Shown piece after piece: positions 1 to 13,207 of a stretch of 64,000 bases of DNA (positions within the stretch are counted from its first letter, which is position 1; every line of letters starts with the position of its first letter). Origin of the DNA: Felis catus. Lineage: Eukaryota. The DNA lies in NCBI RefSeq assembly GCF_018350175.1, contig NC_058368.1, positions 124,994,001 to 125,058,000 of the forward strand. The letters are read 5' to 3'. Made by a program: the position numbers and the translations under genes. The notes under the pieces were generated by a model that was not told where the DNA came from, did not search any database, and saw only the letters and a list, made by a program, of their open reading frames with translations.

Positions 1-272
1 TAAATCCATTATTGTCATCATGTATTTGTTCAAATTGTCATCCTTAGCCACTGGGTGCCTCTGAAAGCTAGCTTCTCTGTCCACTGGCAAGCCACCATTC
101 TTCTCTGAACACTTCCATACTTTCAGACCTATCTTGTGTGTCTTCCACTTCAGCCTGGAGATAAGCCATTTTCCAAAGATTTCTTTGATGGAAACTGGTA
201 TTTAAAAACAGGATGGTACTCTCTCTCTCTCTTTCTGCCTCTCTCTCTCAAAATACACTTTATTTAAAAAGT

Positions 273-463
273 GGGGGGTGCCTGGGTGGCTCAGTTGTTT
301 AAGCGTCTGACTCTTGATTTTGGCTCAGGTCATGATCTTGCAGGTCATGAGTTCAAGCCCCATGTCGGGTTCTGCACTGGCAGTACAGAGCCAGCTTGGG
401 AATCTCTCTCCCTCTCTCTCTCAAAATAAATGGATAAACTTTAAATAAATCAATAAATAAAAA
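273..463 (+). mobile_element. CAN-SINE
   Basis: ggggtgcctgggtggctcag head, (CT)n, A tail. Confidence 0.9.
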
Positions 464-740
464 CAGGGTCCCTCTTTACATATTTTTAACTCCTTTCCTG
501 GACAGTAAAAACTCTGACTCCCATTTACCTCAATATATCTTGTTCAAGTCCTCCACCCATGTAACCAATCTCCAATCTTCCTAATCCCCTTCAGGCTGCC
601 GTCTTTCCCTGGGGCCCAACCCCTGCTGGACTGCCTTTGTTCCAGCTTACCTATGGGCTTTAGTATATATGTTATATATATATATATATATATTTTTTTA
701 AAGCTATCTTGCATGTATACATAAAAGTCACATATATTAT

Positions 741-743
<3 letters not shown>

Positions 744-775
<32 letters not shown>
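744..775. repeat. (GT)n microsatellite
   Basis: Direct reading. Confidence 0.95.
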
Positions 776-778
<3 letters not shown>

Positions 779-1591
779 AGATTTCCAATATTCCTCCTGG
801 CCCCATTTATTCACAGCCCCCCCCCCCCACTATCAACATCTAAGGGTTTTTTGACAAGAAGAGGAACTCTTTAAAAAAAATTTTTTTTAAATATATTTTA
901 AGTGAAAATTCTAACTCTTTTTAACATAATCTACCTTATGTGGCTTTACAAGTTATGTACTTTCACATAAATACTACTACTGTTCCCAGGCAGCAAAGAT
1001 GAAACTTAATTGATTCTGTTAATTGATTCTGTTCACACAACTGTTTAAATCGTATGGTGTTTAAAAAAAAAAAAAAACAAAAACTGTCCTCTTACATTAA
1101 CCTGCTAAGAATGGGAATGAAGATTTACTCACCAGCTAGTATTTGTCAGTCACACCCTGGAACACAGTGATTATACTCCATTTCACAAATGCAGAAAGGG
1201 GGCAATTTCAATCATTCTGCAATTCAAGCTACACCAGCCAGTGAGCTCACGTGGCCTGCCCCACAGTTTTAGTCTTAGATTGTACCTGTGGTTATGTACT
1301 CATTTCCACTTTTATCCTTCATTTTTCTGCCAGTAGTCATTTCTCACAGGACCAAACTTATCAGAAACAAGATGAATCAACCCTGCAAAACAGGTAATGT
1401 CACTGAGTAAGTGTGGGTTCAGAGGGCATTTTGTGTCTACATCTGTTTTAAAGCTTCTGTATTATTTGAAAATGTGTGTCTTTTATATAGCCTCTAGATA
1501 TTACTGCTGAAGGGTACACTTGTGTCATTTTCAGAAAACATTACTTTTGAGAACAGGTTTTTGCCTCAGGAATTAAAATAAATTCTATTGT

Positions 1592-1800
1592 GGGGCGCCT
1601 GGGTGGCTCAGTCGGTTAAGCGTCCGACTTCAGCTCAGGTCATGATCTCACAGTCTGTGAGTTCGAGCCCCGCGTCGGGCTCTGTGCTGACAGCTCAAAG
1701 CCTAGAGCCAGCTTTGGATTCTGTGTCTTTCCTCTCTCTCTGCCCCTCCCATACTCATGCTCTCTCAAAAAATGAATAAATGTTAAAAAAAATTTTTTTT
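1592..1800 (+). mobile_element. CAN-SINE (felid type)
   Basis: Full head and tail; TSD aattctattgt. Confidence 0.92.
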
Positions 1801-2069
1801 AATTCTATTGTTCTTTGATTCTATTTAAGTGATGTTAATAATTGTGTAAAAGGATGATACTGTCAGGTTAGAGATAATCTAGAAAAATGTTGGTGTATCA
1901 TGCTTACACAGAAAAGCCAATGAATGTATACATGAACTAATACAGTAATACACTTGTTACAGAATAAAATGCAGGAAATACTGAAGCCACTGGGGAAAAC
2001 AGTGACTAACAGAAACTTTTGCAAACTATCTTTATGTGTCATGACAATTTTTAGGTTTGTCCTTTATTT

Positions 2070-2264
2070 TATTTTTTTTAACGTTTATTCATTTTTGATA
2101 GAGACAGAGAATGAGTGAGGGAGGTGCAGAGAGAGAGGGAGACACAATCCAAAACAGGCTCCAGGCTCTAAGCTGTCAGCAGAGAGCCTGACTCGGGCTT
2201 GAACTCATAAACCACAAGATATGACCAGAGCCGAAATTGGAAGCTTAACTGACTAAGCTACCCC
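2070..2264 (-). mobile_element. CAN-SINE
   Basis: Reverse-complement SINE; flanking taggtttgtcc repeat. Confidence 0.88.
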
Positions 2265-3757
2265 TAGGTTTGTCCATTCTTAATTTTAAGCTGTAAGCAA
2301 AAATCTCAGGTTAAAATGACATAAGGGAGGAAAGGATGGGCCTTTTAAAGTAGGTCATTAGGATGGACCTAGAAACCAGAGAGCATGAAACATAACCTAG
2401 ATCACATCTGGCTCTGCCAATTGCCATTTGACTCTCTGAACCTCCATTTCTGCTTCTATGAAATCAAAGTGACAATGTTATGTGAAGGAGAAGTACCTAT
2501 GTAAGTGACCAAGAATTGCCAGGTACATTGGATACACAATATATGTTTGTATGAATGAATGAGTGACCCCAAGGGCATAGACTCAAATACTTCTTTGTGG
2601 CTAGAAGGGTCTTTAGCAGGGCTTGTGGCCAACCTGAGAGTTCATGCCAAATTCACATCCAAGAAAGGGGTCGAGCTCACCACACTGAAATGGGGGAAAA
2701 AAACAACAAAACAAAAAGTACTGCCAAAGCCTTTAAATTTTCAAAAGAAGCTGGAAATCTGGATTTTATCTGTAATTTCCTGGTTTTTAAACATTAGAAA
2801 CTAATTTAAAATTTGGATTAGGAACTGTAGGCTAACCAAAATTCATATGCTAGATTTGACCTGTGGCTAGCCACTTATTAATCTCTGATTTTGGTCCAGG
2901 CTTATAAAACAAAAGAAGGTAGAAAACAGGAGTAGAATCGCCACTTTGGAAAAGTGGGTCTAGGACTTTTGTCTTCAAAGAGCTATGAGATGGTGAGAAA
3001 GTGGAGATGCTGATTATAGATGCTAGAAAACTAACCTCTGAAGAGAAAAATCAATGTCTAATTATATGCGCTGATGTGAAATGTTTACCACTAAAGCGTG
3101 ATTAGCAGGTAGCAAATTCTGCATATGGAGCATTTAAATATACCATTACTGTGATCTAGTTAACTTTGTGAATTTATGTGACAATAGACAGGCATTATCT
3201 GTGACTAAAGGACTCCATCCATGACTGAAGCCAGTCTTACCACTTTGTAATTAACCCAGAATCACCATAGCCCAGGCCTCATGGCCCTCCTACTTTGCCA
3301 GCCACGTAGAGAGAAACTTGGGCTAACCTGATGATGTAAGAGGCAAAGGCATCATGCACCAAGTTCCTTTTCCCACAGTACTGAAATTCCTGTCAGAGTT
3401 TATTTTTGAGATTACTAAATGCTATTTCCCCTTGAAGTTAATTTGCTGAAGGAGATTTCTCAACGTGTATAAAGACATACTGAGGATGAGGGTGTGACTA
3501 GGGTGAAAGGGGGAGAAAGAGAAGAGGGAGAAAAAATATGGTATGAGAGATAATGAAAAATCCTTGGCACCAAGTGGCATGACTGCATTTGTATTTTGTA
3601 AAGATCACTCTAGTAGCATCTTAAAGAACCAAACCAGTTAGTAGCAGAGGCAAGTACAAAGTCAGAAGATAACTGCAGTGTCCAGATAAGAAATTAAGAA
3701 GGGAGAGTGACATCACGGCAGCATAAAAAGGTCCCTATCAAAACTGAATCATGAGGA

Positions 3758-3981
3758 GGGGAGCCTGGGTGGCTCAGTTGGTTTAGCGTCCCACTTCAGC
3801 TCAGGTCACGATCTCATGGTTTGTGAGTTCAAGCCCCGCATCGGGCTTTGTGCTGACAGCTCAGAGCCTGGAACCTGCTTCGGATTCTGTGTCTCCCTCT
3901 CTCTCTGCCCCTAACCCACTCTCATTCTGTCTCTGTCTCTCTCAAAAATAAATAAAAACATTTTAAAAAATAAAAAAAAAA
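3758..3981 (+). mobile_element. CAN-SINE
   Basis: TSD aaaactgaatcatgagga. Confidence 0.93.
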
Positions 3982-4765
3982 AAAACTGAATCATGAGGAA
4001 AAAGCAAAAGTGAACAGACTGATAAAAGTAAGGGGACTGAATCAGTAATCAACTCCCCAAAAAGAAAAGCCCAGGACTAGATTTTTGCACAGGTGAATTC
4101 TATCAAACATTTAAAGAGTTAATATCCTTCTCAAACTTTTCCCAAAAAATGAAGACAAAGGAAGAGTCCCAAACTCGTTTCATGAGGCCACCATTACCCT
4201 GATAACATAGCCCTAAGGACTCTATAAGAAAACTATAGGCCAAAATCCCTGATAAATAGAGATGGAAAAAATCAAAACATTATCAAACCAATTCAACAGC
4301 ACAGGAAAGGGATCATATACCATGAACAAGAGGAATTAATTCTTGGGATACAAGCACGGTTCAACATCTACAAATCAATAAATGTGATACACCAGATAGA
4401 TGCAGAAAGCTTTTGACAAAATGACAACATCATTTTATGATACAAATGCTCAATAATTTGGGTACAGAAGGAACATATGTCAACATAATAAAGGCTATAT
4501 ATGACAAGCACACTAACATACTCAACTAAGTTTTCATATCTGTAACTTAAAGTCAATTTATTCAAGGAGATTTCTCAACATTTACATAATATGCTGACAG
4601 AATGAGGGTTGTACATAACTTTGTTATGGAGATGAAAAGTAGAAAGCTCTCCCTCCAAGATCAGATCCCTCCCCCCAGAACAATCAGGGGTGCCTTCTCT
4701 CACCAATCTTATTCAACAAAGTACTGGAATTTCCTGGCCAGAACAATTAGATAAGAAAAAGAACT

Positions 4766-5022
4766 GGGGTACCTGGGTGGCTCAGTCGGTTGAGCATCTA
4801 ACTCTTGATTAGATATAATCAGAGATATATCTTGATTAGATATAATCAGAGATATAATCAAGACAAAATCCCAGGGTTGTGGAACAAGTCCCACATCGGG
4901 CTTGGTGCTAAGCATGGAACCTGCTTAATATTCTTTCTTTCTCTCTCACCCTCCCTCCCTCTCTTTCCCTCTGCCCCTCTCCCCTGCTCGCATGCTCTCT
5001 CTCTAAAATAATTAATTAATTA
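4766..5022 (+). mobile_element. CAN-SINE in L1, carrying an internal rearrangement
   Basis: TSD ataagaaaaagaact. Confidence 0.9.
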
Positions 5023-7032
5023 ATAAGAAAAAGAACTAAAAGGCATCTAAATCAGAAAGGAGGAAGTAAAATGTCTTTGTCTGCAGATGATATCATCTTA
5101 CATATAGAAAATACCAAAGACTCCACCAAAAACTGTTAGAACTAATAAATTAATTCAGTGAAGCTGCAGGATACAAAAATCAATATATAGAAATATGTTG
5201 CATTTCTATTCACTGAGAACAAACCAGCAGAAAGAGAAAAATAAGAAAATCATTCCATTTACAACTGCATCAAAAAGAATAAAATACCTGGGAGTAAATT
5301 GGACCAAGGAGGTGAAAGACCTGGACTCTGTCAACTGCAAAACACTAATGAAAGAAATGGACGATGACACAAGTAAATGAAAAGATAAACCGTGCTCCTG
5401 CTCTGGAAAAATTAATACTGTTAAGATGTCCATACTATCCAAAGCAGTCTGTAGATTCAAGGCAATCCCTATCAAAATGCCAACAGCCTATTTCACAGAA
5501 CAAGAACAAAGAATCCTAACCTTTGTCTGAAACCACAAAAGATTCCAGGTAGCCAAAGCAATCCTGAGAAAGAATAACAAAGCTGGAGGTATCACAATCC
5601 CAGATTTTAAACTATACTACAAAGCTGTAATAATCAAAACATTATGGTACTGGCCTAAACACAGAAACATCAATGTAAGAGAATAGAGAGCCCAGAAATA
5701 GGCCAACACGTATATGGTCAATTAATCTATGACAAACGAAGCAAGGATATACAATGGTGAAAAGACAGTGTCTCCAATAAATGGTGTTAGAAAAACTGGA
5801 CAGCTACAAGTAAAAAACTAAAACAACCATTTTCTTATACCACTTACTAAAATAAGCTCAAAATGGATTAAAGACCTAAACACAGGAGACAAAACCATGA
5901 AAATCTTAAAATAAAACATAGGAAATAAACTCTTAGCCATCATTCTTATCAATATTTTTTGGCTCTCTCTCCTTTGGCAAGGGCAACAAGAGCAAAAATA
6001 AACTACAGAGACTACATCAAACAAAAAAAAACCTTTTGCACAGAGAAAGAAGCCATCAACAAAACAATAAGGCAGCCTACTGAATAGGAGAAGATAACTA
6101 CAAATGATATATCCAATGAGGGGTTAATATCCAAATATATAAAGAACTCATACAACTGAACACTGAAAAGCAAACAATGTGATTAAAAAACTATTCAGAG
6201 GACCTGAATAGTTATTTTTCCAAATGACATCTACAGAAAGCCAACATACACATGAAAAGATGCTCAACATCACCAATCATGAGGGAAATGCAAATCAAAA
6301 CCACAGTGAAGAATCACTTCACACTGATCAGAATGGCTACTATTAAAAAGATAAGAAATGACAAATGTTGGCAAAGACGTGGAGAAAAGAGAACCCTTAT
6401 GCACTACTGGAGGGAATGCAAAATGGCACAGCCATTATGAAAAACAGTATGGAGGTTCCTCAAAAAATTAAAATTAGAATTACCATATGATCCAGTGATT
6501 CCACTCCTCAGTATTTATCCAGAGAAAACAAAAACACTAAATCACAAATATATATGCTTCCCCCTATGTCTACTGCAGCATTATTTTCAAAAGCTAAAAT
6601 ATAGAAACAACCCAAGTGTCCATCAATAGATGAATGGAAATAGAAGATGTGGTGTGTGTGGGGTATGTGTATGTGTATATATACATCCATAATGAAATAT
6701 TATTCAGCCATAAAAAAATAAAGAATGAAATCTTAACCACTTGTCATAACATGGATAGACGTAGCAGGTACATTATGCTAAGTGAAAAAAGTCAGAGAAA
6801 GACAAATACCACATGATTCCACTTATATGTAGAATGTAAAAAACAAAACACGTGAACAAATGGACTCATAAATACAGAGAACCTGTGGTTGCCAGAGGGG
6901 AGTGGAACGGCAAGAGAGTGAGAGGGGTGATGAGGAAAAAGCTGAAGGGGACTAAGAGGTACAAACTTCCAGTTATAAAGTAAGTAATGGGATCAAAAGT
7001 ACAGCATAAGGAATACAGTCAATACCAAAACA

Positions 7033-7260
7033 GGGGTGCACGGATGGCTCAGTCAGTTAAGCGTCCGACTTCAGCTCAGGTCATAATCTCACCATTTGTG
7101 GGTTCGAGCTCCACATCAGGCTCTGTGCTGACAGCTCAGAGCCTGGAGCCTGCTTCAGATTCTGTGTCTCCCTCTCTATCTCTCTCTCTGCCCTTCCCCT
7201 GCTCATGCTCTGTCTCTCTCTCTCAAAAATAAATAAACATTTTAAAAAATTAAAAACAAA
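7033..7260 (+). mobile_element. CAN-SINE in L1 3' UTR
   Basis: Head, (CT)n, tail; flanking aataccaaa repeat. Confidence 0.9.
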
Positions 7261-7384
7261 ATAATACCAAAGTAACTGTTTGGTTGACCATTTCATAATA
7301 TATTTAAATATTGAATCATTACTTAGTACACTTCAAACTAATACAAGATTGCATGTCAACTATACTTCAATTTAAAAAAAGTTT

Positions 7385-9482
7385 TTAAGTTGCAGATACA
7401 AAACTAACAACAAAAGAACAGAAATCAGCTGTTTCTCTACACTAACAATGAAATATCTAAAAAATAAATAAAGAATAAAGAGGGGAGCCTGGGTGGCTCA
7501 ATCAGTTGGGCTTCCGACTCTTGGTTTCAGCTTGGGTCATGACCTCAGGGTTCATGAGTTCAAGCCCCACATCAGGCTCTGGGCTGATAGCACAGAGCCT
7601 GCTTGGGATTCTTTGTCTCTCTCTCTCTCTGCCCCTCCCCCACTTGCTCTCTATCTCTATCAAAATAAATTTTAAGAGCTTAAAAATATTACAAAAAATT
7701 TTTAAAAAAGAAAACAATCTCATTTACAAGTGCATCAAAACCAATAAAAGACAAAGGAATAACTGTAACCATGGAGGTGTAAGATCTAGACACTGAAAAC
7801 TATAAAACTATGATGAAAGAAACTTAATTAAACACAAATGAATCAAAAGATAATCTGTGTTCATAGACTGGAAGAATACTGTCAAAATGTCCATACTACC
7901 CAAAGCCATAGAGTCAATGCAATCTCTATCAGAATTCCAGCGATAATTATCACAGAAAAAGAAAAGGCAATTCTAAAATTTGTATGGAACCACTAAAGAC
8001 ACCTAAAAGCCAAAGCAAACCTGACAAAGAAGACAAAGCTAGAGAGTTCCCACTTCCTGATTTCAAACTATACTACAGAGCGATAGTAACCAAAATGGGA
8101 TGGTACTGGCATGAAAATAGACACATTGACAAATGGAACTAAATGAAGAGTCTAGGCATACACCTCGCATATAGAGGCAACTAATATTTGACAAGGGAGT
8201 CAAGAATATTCAGTAAGAGGAAAAAAGTCTCTTCAAAATGGTGCTGGGAAAACCTGGATAACTGTATTCAGAATAATGAAACTGACCCTGATCTTACATT
8301 ACTCATAAAAATTAACTCAAAATGGATTAAAGACTTAAACATATGACTTAAAAATGTAAAAGTCCTAGAAGAAAACACAGGGATAAAAATTCTTGGCAAC
8401 AATCTTCTGGATAGGACACCAAAGTGGAAGCAACAAAAGCAAAAATTAGTAAGTGGAATACGAAACTAAAAACTTCTATACAGAAAAAAAAATCAACAAA
8501 ATGAAAAGTCAACCTACTAAATGGTAGAAAATATTTGCAAATCATGTGTCTCATAAGGGGTTAATACCCCAAATATGCAAAGAACTCACAACTCAGTAGC
8601 AAAAACCAATCTGATTAAAAGATGCACAGAGGATCTGAATAGTTTTCTAAAGGTAACATACAAATGGCTAGACATATGAACAGGTGCTCAACATCACTAA
8701 TCAGGAAAATGCAAATCAAAATCACAATGAGACATCACCTCAGGGAATGTAAAATGGGGCAGCCACTATGGAAAACAGTATGAAGTTTCCTCAAAAAAAT
8801 AGAAACAAAACTTCCACATGATCCATCAATTCCACTGCTGGGTATTTATCCAAAGGAAATGAAATCAGTTTCTCAACAAGATATCTGCATCCCTATGTTC
8901 ACTGCAGCATTATTTTCAGTAGCCAAGACATGAAAAAAACCTAACCGTCCATCGAATGGATGAATGGTTAAAGATGCGTGTGTGTCAGTGTGTGTGTGTG
9001 CATAAATATTATTCAGCTGTAAAAAAGAAAGAAATCCTACCCTTTTTAACAACATGGATGGACCTTGAAGATGTTAAGCTACGTGAAATAATTACATCAG
9101 AAATAGACAAAGACCGCATGATCCACAAATATGTAGAACTTAAAAAAAAAAGAAAAAAAAAAACCTAGATACAGAGAACAGATTGGTGGTTGCCAGTTTT
9201 CAGGGTAGGGGGGTTAGTAGGAGGTCAAAATGGGTAAAGATGGTTAAAGGGTACAAACTTCCAGCTGTAAGTCCTAGGGACGTACAGTAATGAGCACAAC
9301 ATGGTGACAGCTATATTGTATATTCAAGAGAGTATCTTACAAATTATCATCACAAGAAAAAAATTATACCCATGTAGTGATGGATGTTGACTTATTGTGG
9401 TGATCATTTTGCAAAATACACATATATCATTGTTGTACCTGTAAAACTAATACAGTACTGTATGTCATTAAAAAAAAAAAAA
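7385..9482 (+). mobile_element. Second LINE-1 3' portion (older L1M-type) with A tail
   Basis: Repeats the same ORF2 region as 5160-6800; L1 3' UTR and A tail at ~9470-9482. Confidence 0.85.
7482..7705 (+). mobile_element. CAN-SINE
   Basis: Head, (CT)n, tail. Confidence 0.9.
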
Positions 9483-9519
9483 CTTATGTAGGAGTAAAAG
9501 CAAAGCGAAGTAGTCTAGA

Positions 9520-9950
9520 TGCTTAAGAGGTTCTTTTCATGGTCTGACCTCTGCTTTACTCCATCACCTTCTAAACTATCACCTTCTCATGACCAAGATA
9601 CCTTCCCTGCTATTGCTATTTCCCAACATATGATATGGTCTCTCTTGTCATCACACTCTTCTACCCCTGCCCCTCTCTTCACTTGATTCACTCCAACTTG
9701 TCCTTCAAGACTTACTCTTAATTCCTCTAAAGGTCACCCCTACCCATGCTGAGTCAGATGATTCTCTTCTGTAATGCTTTGGCATCCCTAACTTAACTTT
9801 TTGGTCCTCTCACTACTTGCCTATACTCTTTGAATTACCTTTCTTCTGTATGAGACTGTGAGTTTTGCAGCTGTAAGAACAGTATCTTATTTCTGTGCCT
9901 TCACTGACTAATACAGAGACTGAAACAGACTCAGGTTTGTTGAACTAAAT
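9520..9950 (+). mobile_element. L2 3' fragment
   Basis: Pyrimidine-rich L2-like tract with agactgtgag...tcttatttct...tttgttgaa ending. Confidence 0.55.
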
Positions 9951-10020
9951 GGCAAGGAGAAATTATTGACTAAAAAAATACAGTTGATTTCTAACTTAAT
10001 TAAAATATTTATAGCTGAAT

Positions 10021-10240
10021 GGGGCACCTGGGTGGCACAGTCGGTTAAGCATCTGATACTTGATCTTGGTTCAGGTCATGATCTCACAGTTAGTAAGTTG
10101 GAGCCCCATTATCAGGCTCTGCCCTGATGGTGTGGAGCCTACTTGGGATTCTATCTCCTTCCCTCTGCCCCTACCCTGCTTATGCATGCGCTCTCTTCTC
10201 TCTCTCTCTCTCTCTCATAATAAATAAACTTAAATTTTTT
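10021..10240 (+). mobile_element. CAN-SINE
   Basis: Head, (CT)n, tail. Confidence 0.9.
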
Positions 10241-10401
10241 AAAATATATTTATAGTTTAACGAGACCAGTTTTCTGACTGTATATTCCTGGTGGGATATA
10301 TTCAAGAACAAAGGAAAGCAAATACATATTTGGTTTCAGTAGTGATGTTGTAATTCTCAAAGCATTTTGCATTTTATAGGATACAGTGAATAAGAAATAT
10401 T

Positions 10402-10615
10402 GGGGCACCTGGGTGACTCGGTTAAGTGTCCCGCTTCGGCTCAGGTCATGATCTCACGGTTTCTGAGTTCAAGACCCGCATCGGGCTCTGTGCTGACAGC
10501 TCGGGGCCTGGAGCCTGATTCAGATTCTGTGTCTCCCTCTCTCTCTGCCCCTCCCCTGTTCACGCTCTGTCTCTCTCTGTCTCTCAATAATAAATAAATG
10601 TTAAAAAAAAAAAAA
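10402..10615 (+). mobile_element. CAN-SINE
   Basis: Head, tail; TSD aagaaatat. Confidence 0.9.
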
Positions 10616-10936
10616 AAGAAATATATTGATGCCACCAAGGAAGAGGGTTTTCAGTGTGAGAGAAGGAAGATACAAATATGAATGGAGGAGGTGGGGAAAA
10701 ATCAAATGTTAGTAAATTTCAACTGGATATGAACGCATGGTTTTTAAAATACAGTTTTTAGTAACACCGAGCACACCTAGCTTCTCAATCTTTGTTTCTA
10801 AGGCTGAAAACCTAAATGAAAAACAAAACAAAACAGGGATCCTCATATAAACAGCTACTTTCAGATCTGGCACAATAAAATAAGAAGTGAGCCTAGTATA
10901 TAAGCCTAATGGGACATGTCAAAAGGATGCAGCTCA

Positions 10937-11141
10937 GGTGACAGGGTGGCTCAGTCAGTTAAGCATCTTACTCTTGATTTCAGCTCAGGTCATGATCTCA
11001 CAGTTCATGATACTGAGTCCAGCTTTGGGTTCTGAGATGACAGCACAGAGCCTGCTTGGGATTCTCTCTCTCTCCCTCTCTCTGCTCCTCCCCCACTCGT
11101 GCTCTCTCCCCAAATAAATAAGTAAACTTTTTTTTTTTTTT
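10937..11141 (+). mobile_element. CAN-SINE
   Basis: Head, tail; TSD shared with the adjacent L1. Confidence 0.88.
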
Positions 11142-11156
11142 AAAGGATGCAACTTA

Positions 11157-11839
11157 TAGGAATGCAAGCTGGTGCAGCCACTCTGGAAAACAGTAGGGAG
11201 GTTACTCAAAAAACTAAAAACAGAACTACCCTACAACCCAGAAATTGCACTACTAGGTATTTATCCAAGGGATACAGGTATGCTGTTTCGAAGGGACACA
11301 TGCACCCCCATGTTTATAGCATCACTATCAACAATAGCCAAAGTATGGAAAGGGCCCAACTGTCCATCAATGGATGAATGGATAAAGAAGATGTGGTGTA
11401 TATATACGATGGAGTATTACTCAGCAATCAAAAAGAATGAAGTCCTGCCATTTGCAACTACATGGATGGAACTGGAGGGTATTATGCTAAGTGAAATTAG
11501 TCAGTCAGAGAAAGACAAATATCATATGAATTTACTCATATGAGGACTTCAAGAGACAAAACACATGAACACAAGGGAAGGGAAACAAAAATAATATAAA
11601 AACAGGGAGGAGGACAGAACATAAGAGACTCTTAAATATGGAGAACAAACAGAGGGTTACTGGAAGCCGTGTGGGAGGCGGGATGGGCTAAAAGGGTAAG
11701 GGCACTAAAGAATCTACTCCTGAAATCATTGTTGCACTATATGCTAATTTTGATGTAAATTTAGAAAAATTACATTAAAAAGATAAAATAAATAATAAAA
11801 TAAAACAAAACAAAACAAAATAAAATAAATTAATTAAAT
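11157..11839 (+). mobile_element. Young felid-type L1 3' end with TSD
   Basis: Open ORF2 C-terminus (11172-11543 ...DTCTPMFIASLSTIAKVWK...), 3' UTR, A-rich tail, TSD aaaggatgca(a/g)ctta. Confidence 0.92.
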
Positions 11840-12059
11840 AAAGGATGCAGCTTAACAGGGCTCCTACAGAATAAATTTGGGGCAATTTGATCAGTAAGTG
11901 GGATAACGACGTTATCATGCTGAATAAAAAAAGACCCATGAATCCACAGTGATTACAAGAGGGCAGAGAATGAGAAAAGGAAAGCTGTTTTTTACAAACG
12001 AATATCAGCTAATAAACTAATAAATATAGAAATGGGGATCAATTAAAACACATCATTTT

Positions 12060-12272
12060 GGGACACCTGGGTGGTTCAGTTGGTTGAGGGTCCAACTTGA
12101 GCTCAGGTCATGATCTCACAATTCATGAGTTCAAGCCCTGCGTCAGGCTCTGTGCTGGCATCTCAGAACCTGAAGCTGCTTCAGATTCTGTGTCTCCCTC
12201 TTTCTCTGCCCCTCCCCCACTCATGCTCTCTCCCTCTCTCTCAAAAATCAGTAAACATTAAAAAAAAATTAA
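12060..12272 (+). mobile_element. CAN-SINE
   Basis: TSD aaaacacatca. Confidence 0.9.
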
Positions 12273-13192
12273 AAACACATCACTTCATGAACCCCAGTGT
12301 AATAACAGACCAGGCAAAAAATCCTCATTGATGCTGAAACCACTGTGAAATGTTGGGGAAAAGGATACTCTCATGGTCACAGAGCATCACTCTAGAAATT
12401 ACTCATAAATACAAAGGGAAACCATTATCTTCCAGTGAAGGTCTGTTGTCATTTTTAAAAAAGTGATCACATGTAGTATCAACAATACTAGGACAGCCTG
12501 AAATGATGTCCCTCCTGATGTGATGCAATAAGAAGCACACATTATATATAATATACATCATAAATATCCCTCTCACCAAATGGTGAACATAAAACAGTTA
12601 TGTAAGACAGCAGGTTTGATCTCTTCGTAAAAGTTTTAGGTCATGAAAAACAAAAGCAGGGGTAGACTAAATTAGACCAGATTAAAACAGACTAAAAGCA
12701 ATACGTAAACTATGATCCAATTTAAAAAACAAATAACAAAAGAAAAAATAGCTAGCAAAGTCATTTTTGAGATGAGAGAAATTTGAGTATGGACTATATA
12801 GTCATGATACTGAATTAATGTTCATTTTAAAAGACAGGATATTGGGATTACTTAGAAAAATGTTGTTCTTGTAAAGTCGATATGGAGAATTAGTGTTCAA
12901 ATGGAAAGGAAAAAAAAAGAGAAAGGGAGGCAATATTGCAAAATATTAACAATTGGTGAAACTACAAAAAAGATAGATGGCTGTTCATTGTACTTTTCCA
13001 CATATTAGAAATTTTCAAATATAAGTTGGTAAAATATTTCTAAATTTGTATATTTTTTGGTTTGGCTTCATTTCTTTTTTATATTTTACCTTGATTTCCT
13101 TCTTTTGCAGTTCGTTCCAGCCTTTCAATGGCAATTCAGCCCACACTAATTGACCAACAGTGTTAAGAATTATTTAAGCAATTATATAATTT

Positions 13193-13207
13193 CCAGAAGA
13201 GGGCAGC
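13193..13207 (+). promoter_or_regulatory. Candidate CTCF site CCAGAAGAGGGCAGC
   Basis: One mismatch to the CTCF core; same orientation as the 13949 site. Confidence 0.5.

Larger units (their letters stand above)
4000..7380 (+). mobile_element. LINE-1, 5'-truncated: decayed ORF2 (RT to C-terminus) and 3' UTR
   Basis: ORF2-like peptides (IPFTTASKRIKYLGVN; MKRCSTSPIMREMQIKTT); ends tatacttcaatttaaaaaaa. Confidence 0.9.
10630..13030 (+). mobile_element. Ancient L1MC/MD-like 3' UTR fragments hosting younger insertions
   Basis: Motifs such as atgggacatgtcaaaagga, aatttggggcaatttga, cctcctgatgtgatgcaataagaag. Confidence 0.5.
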
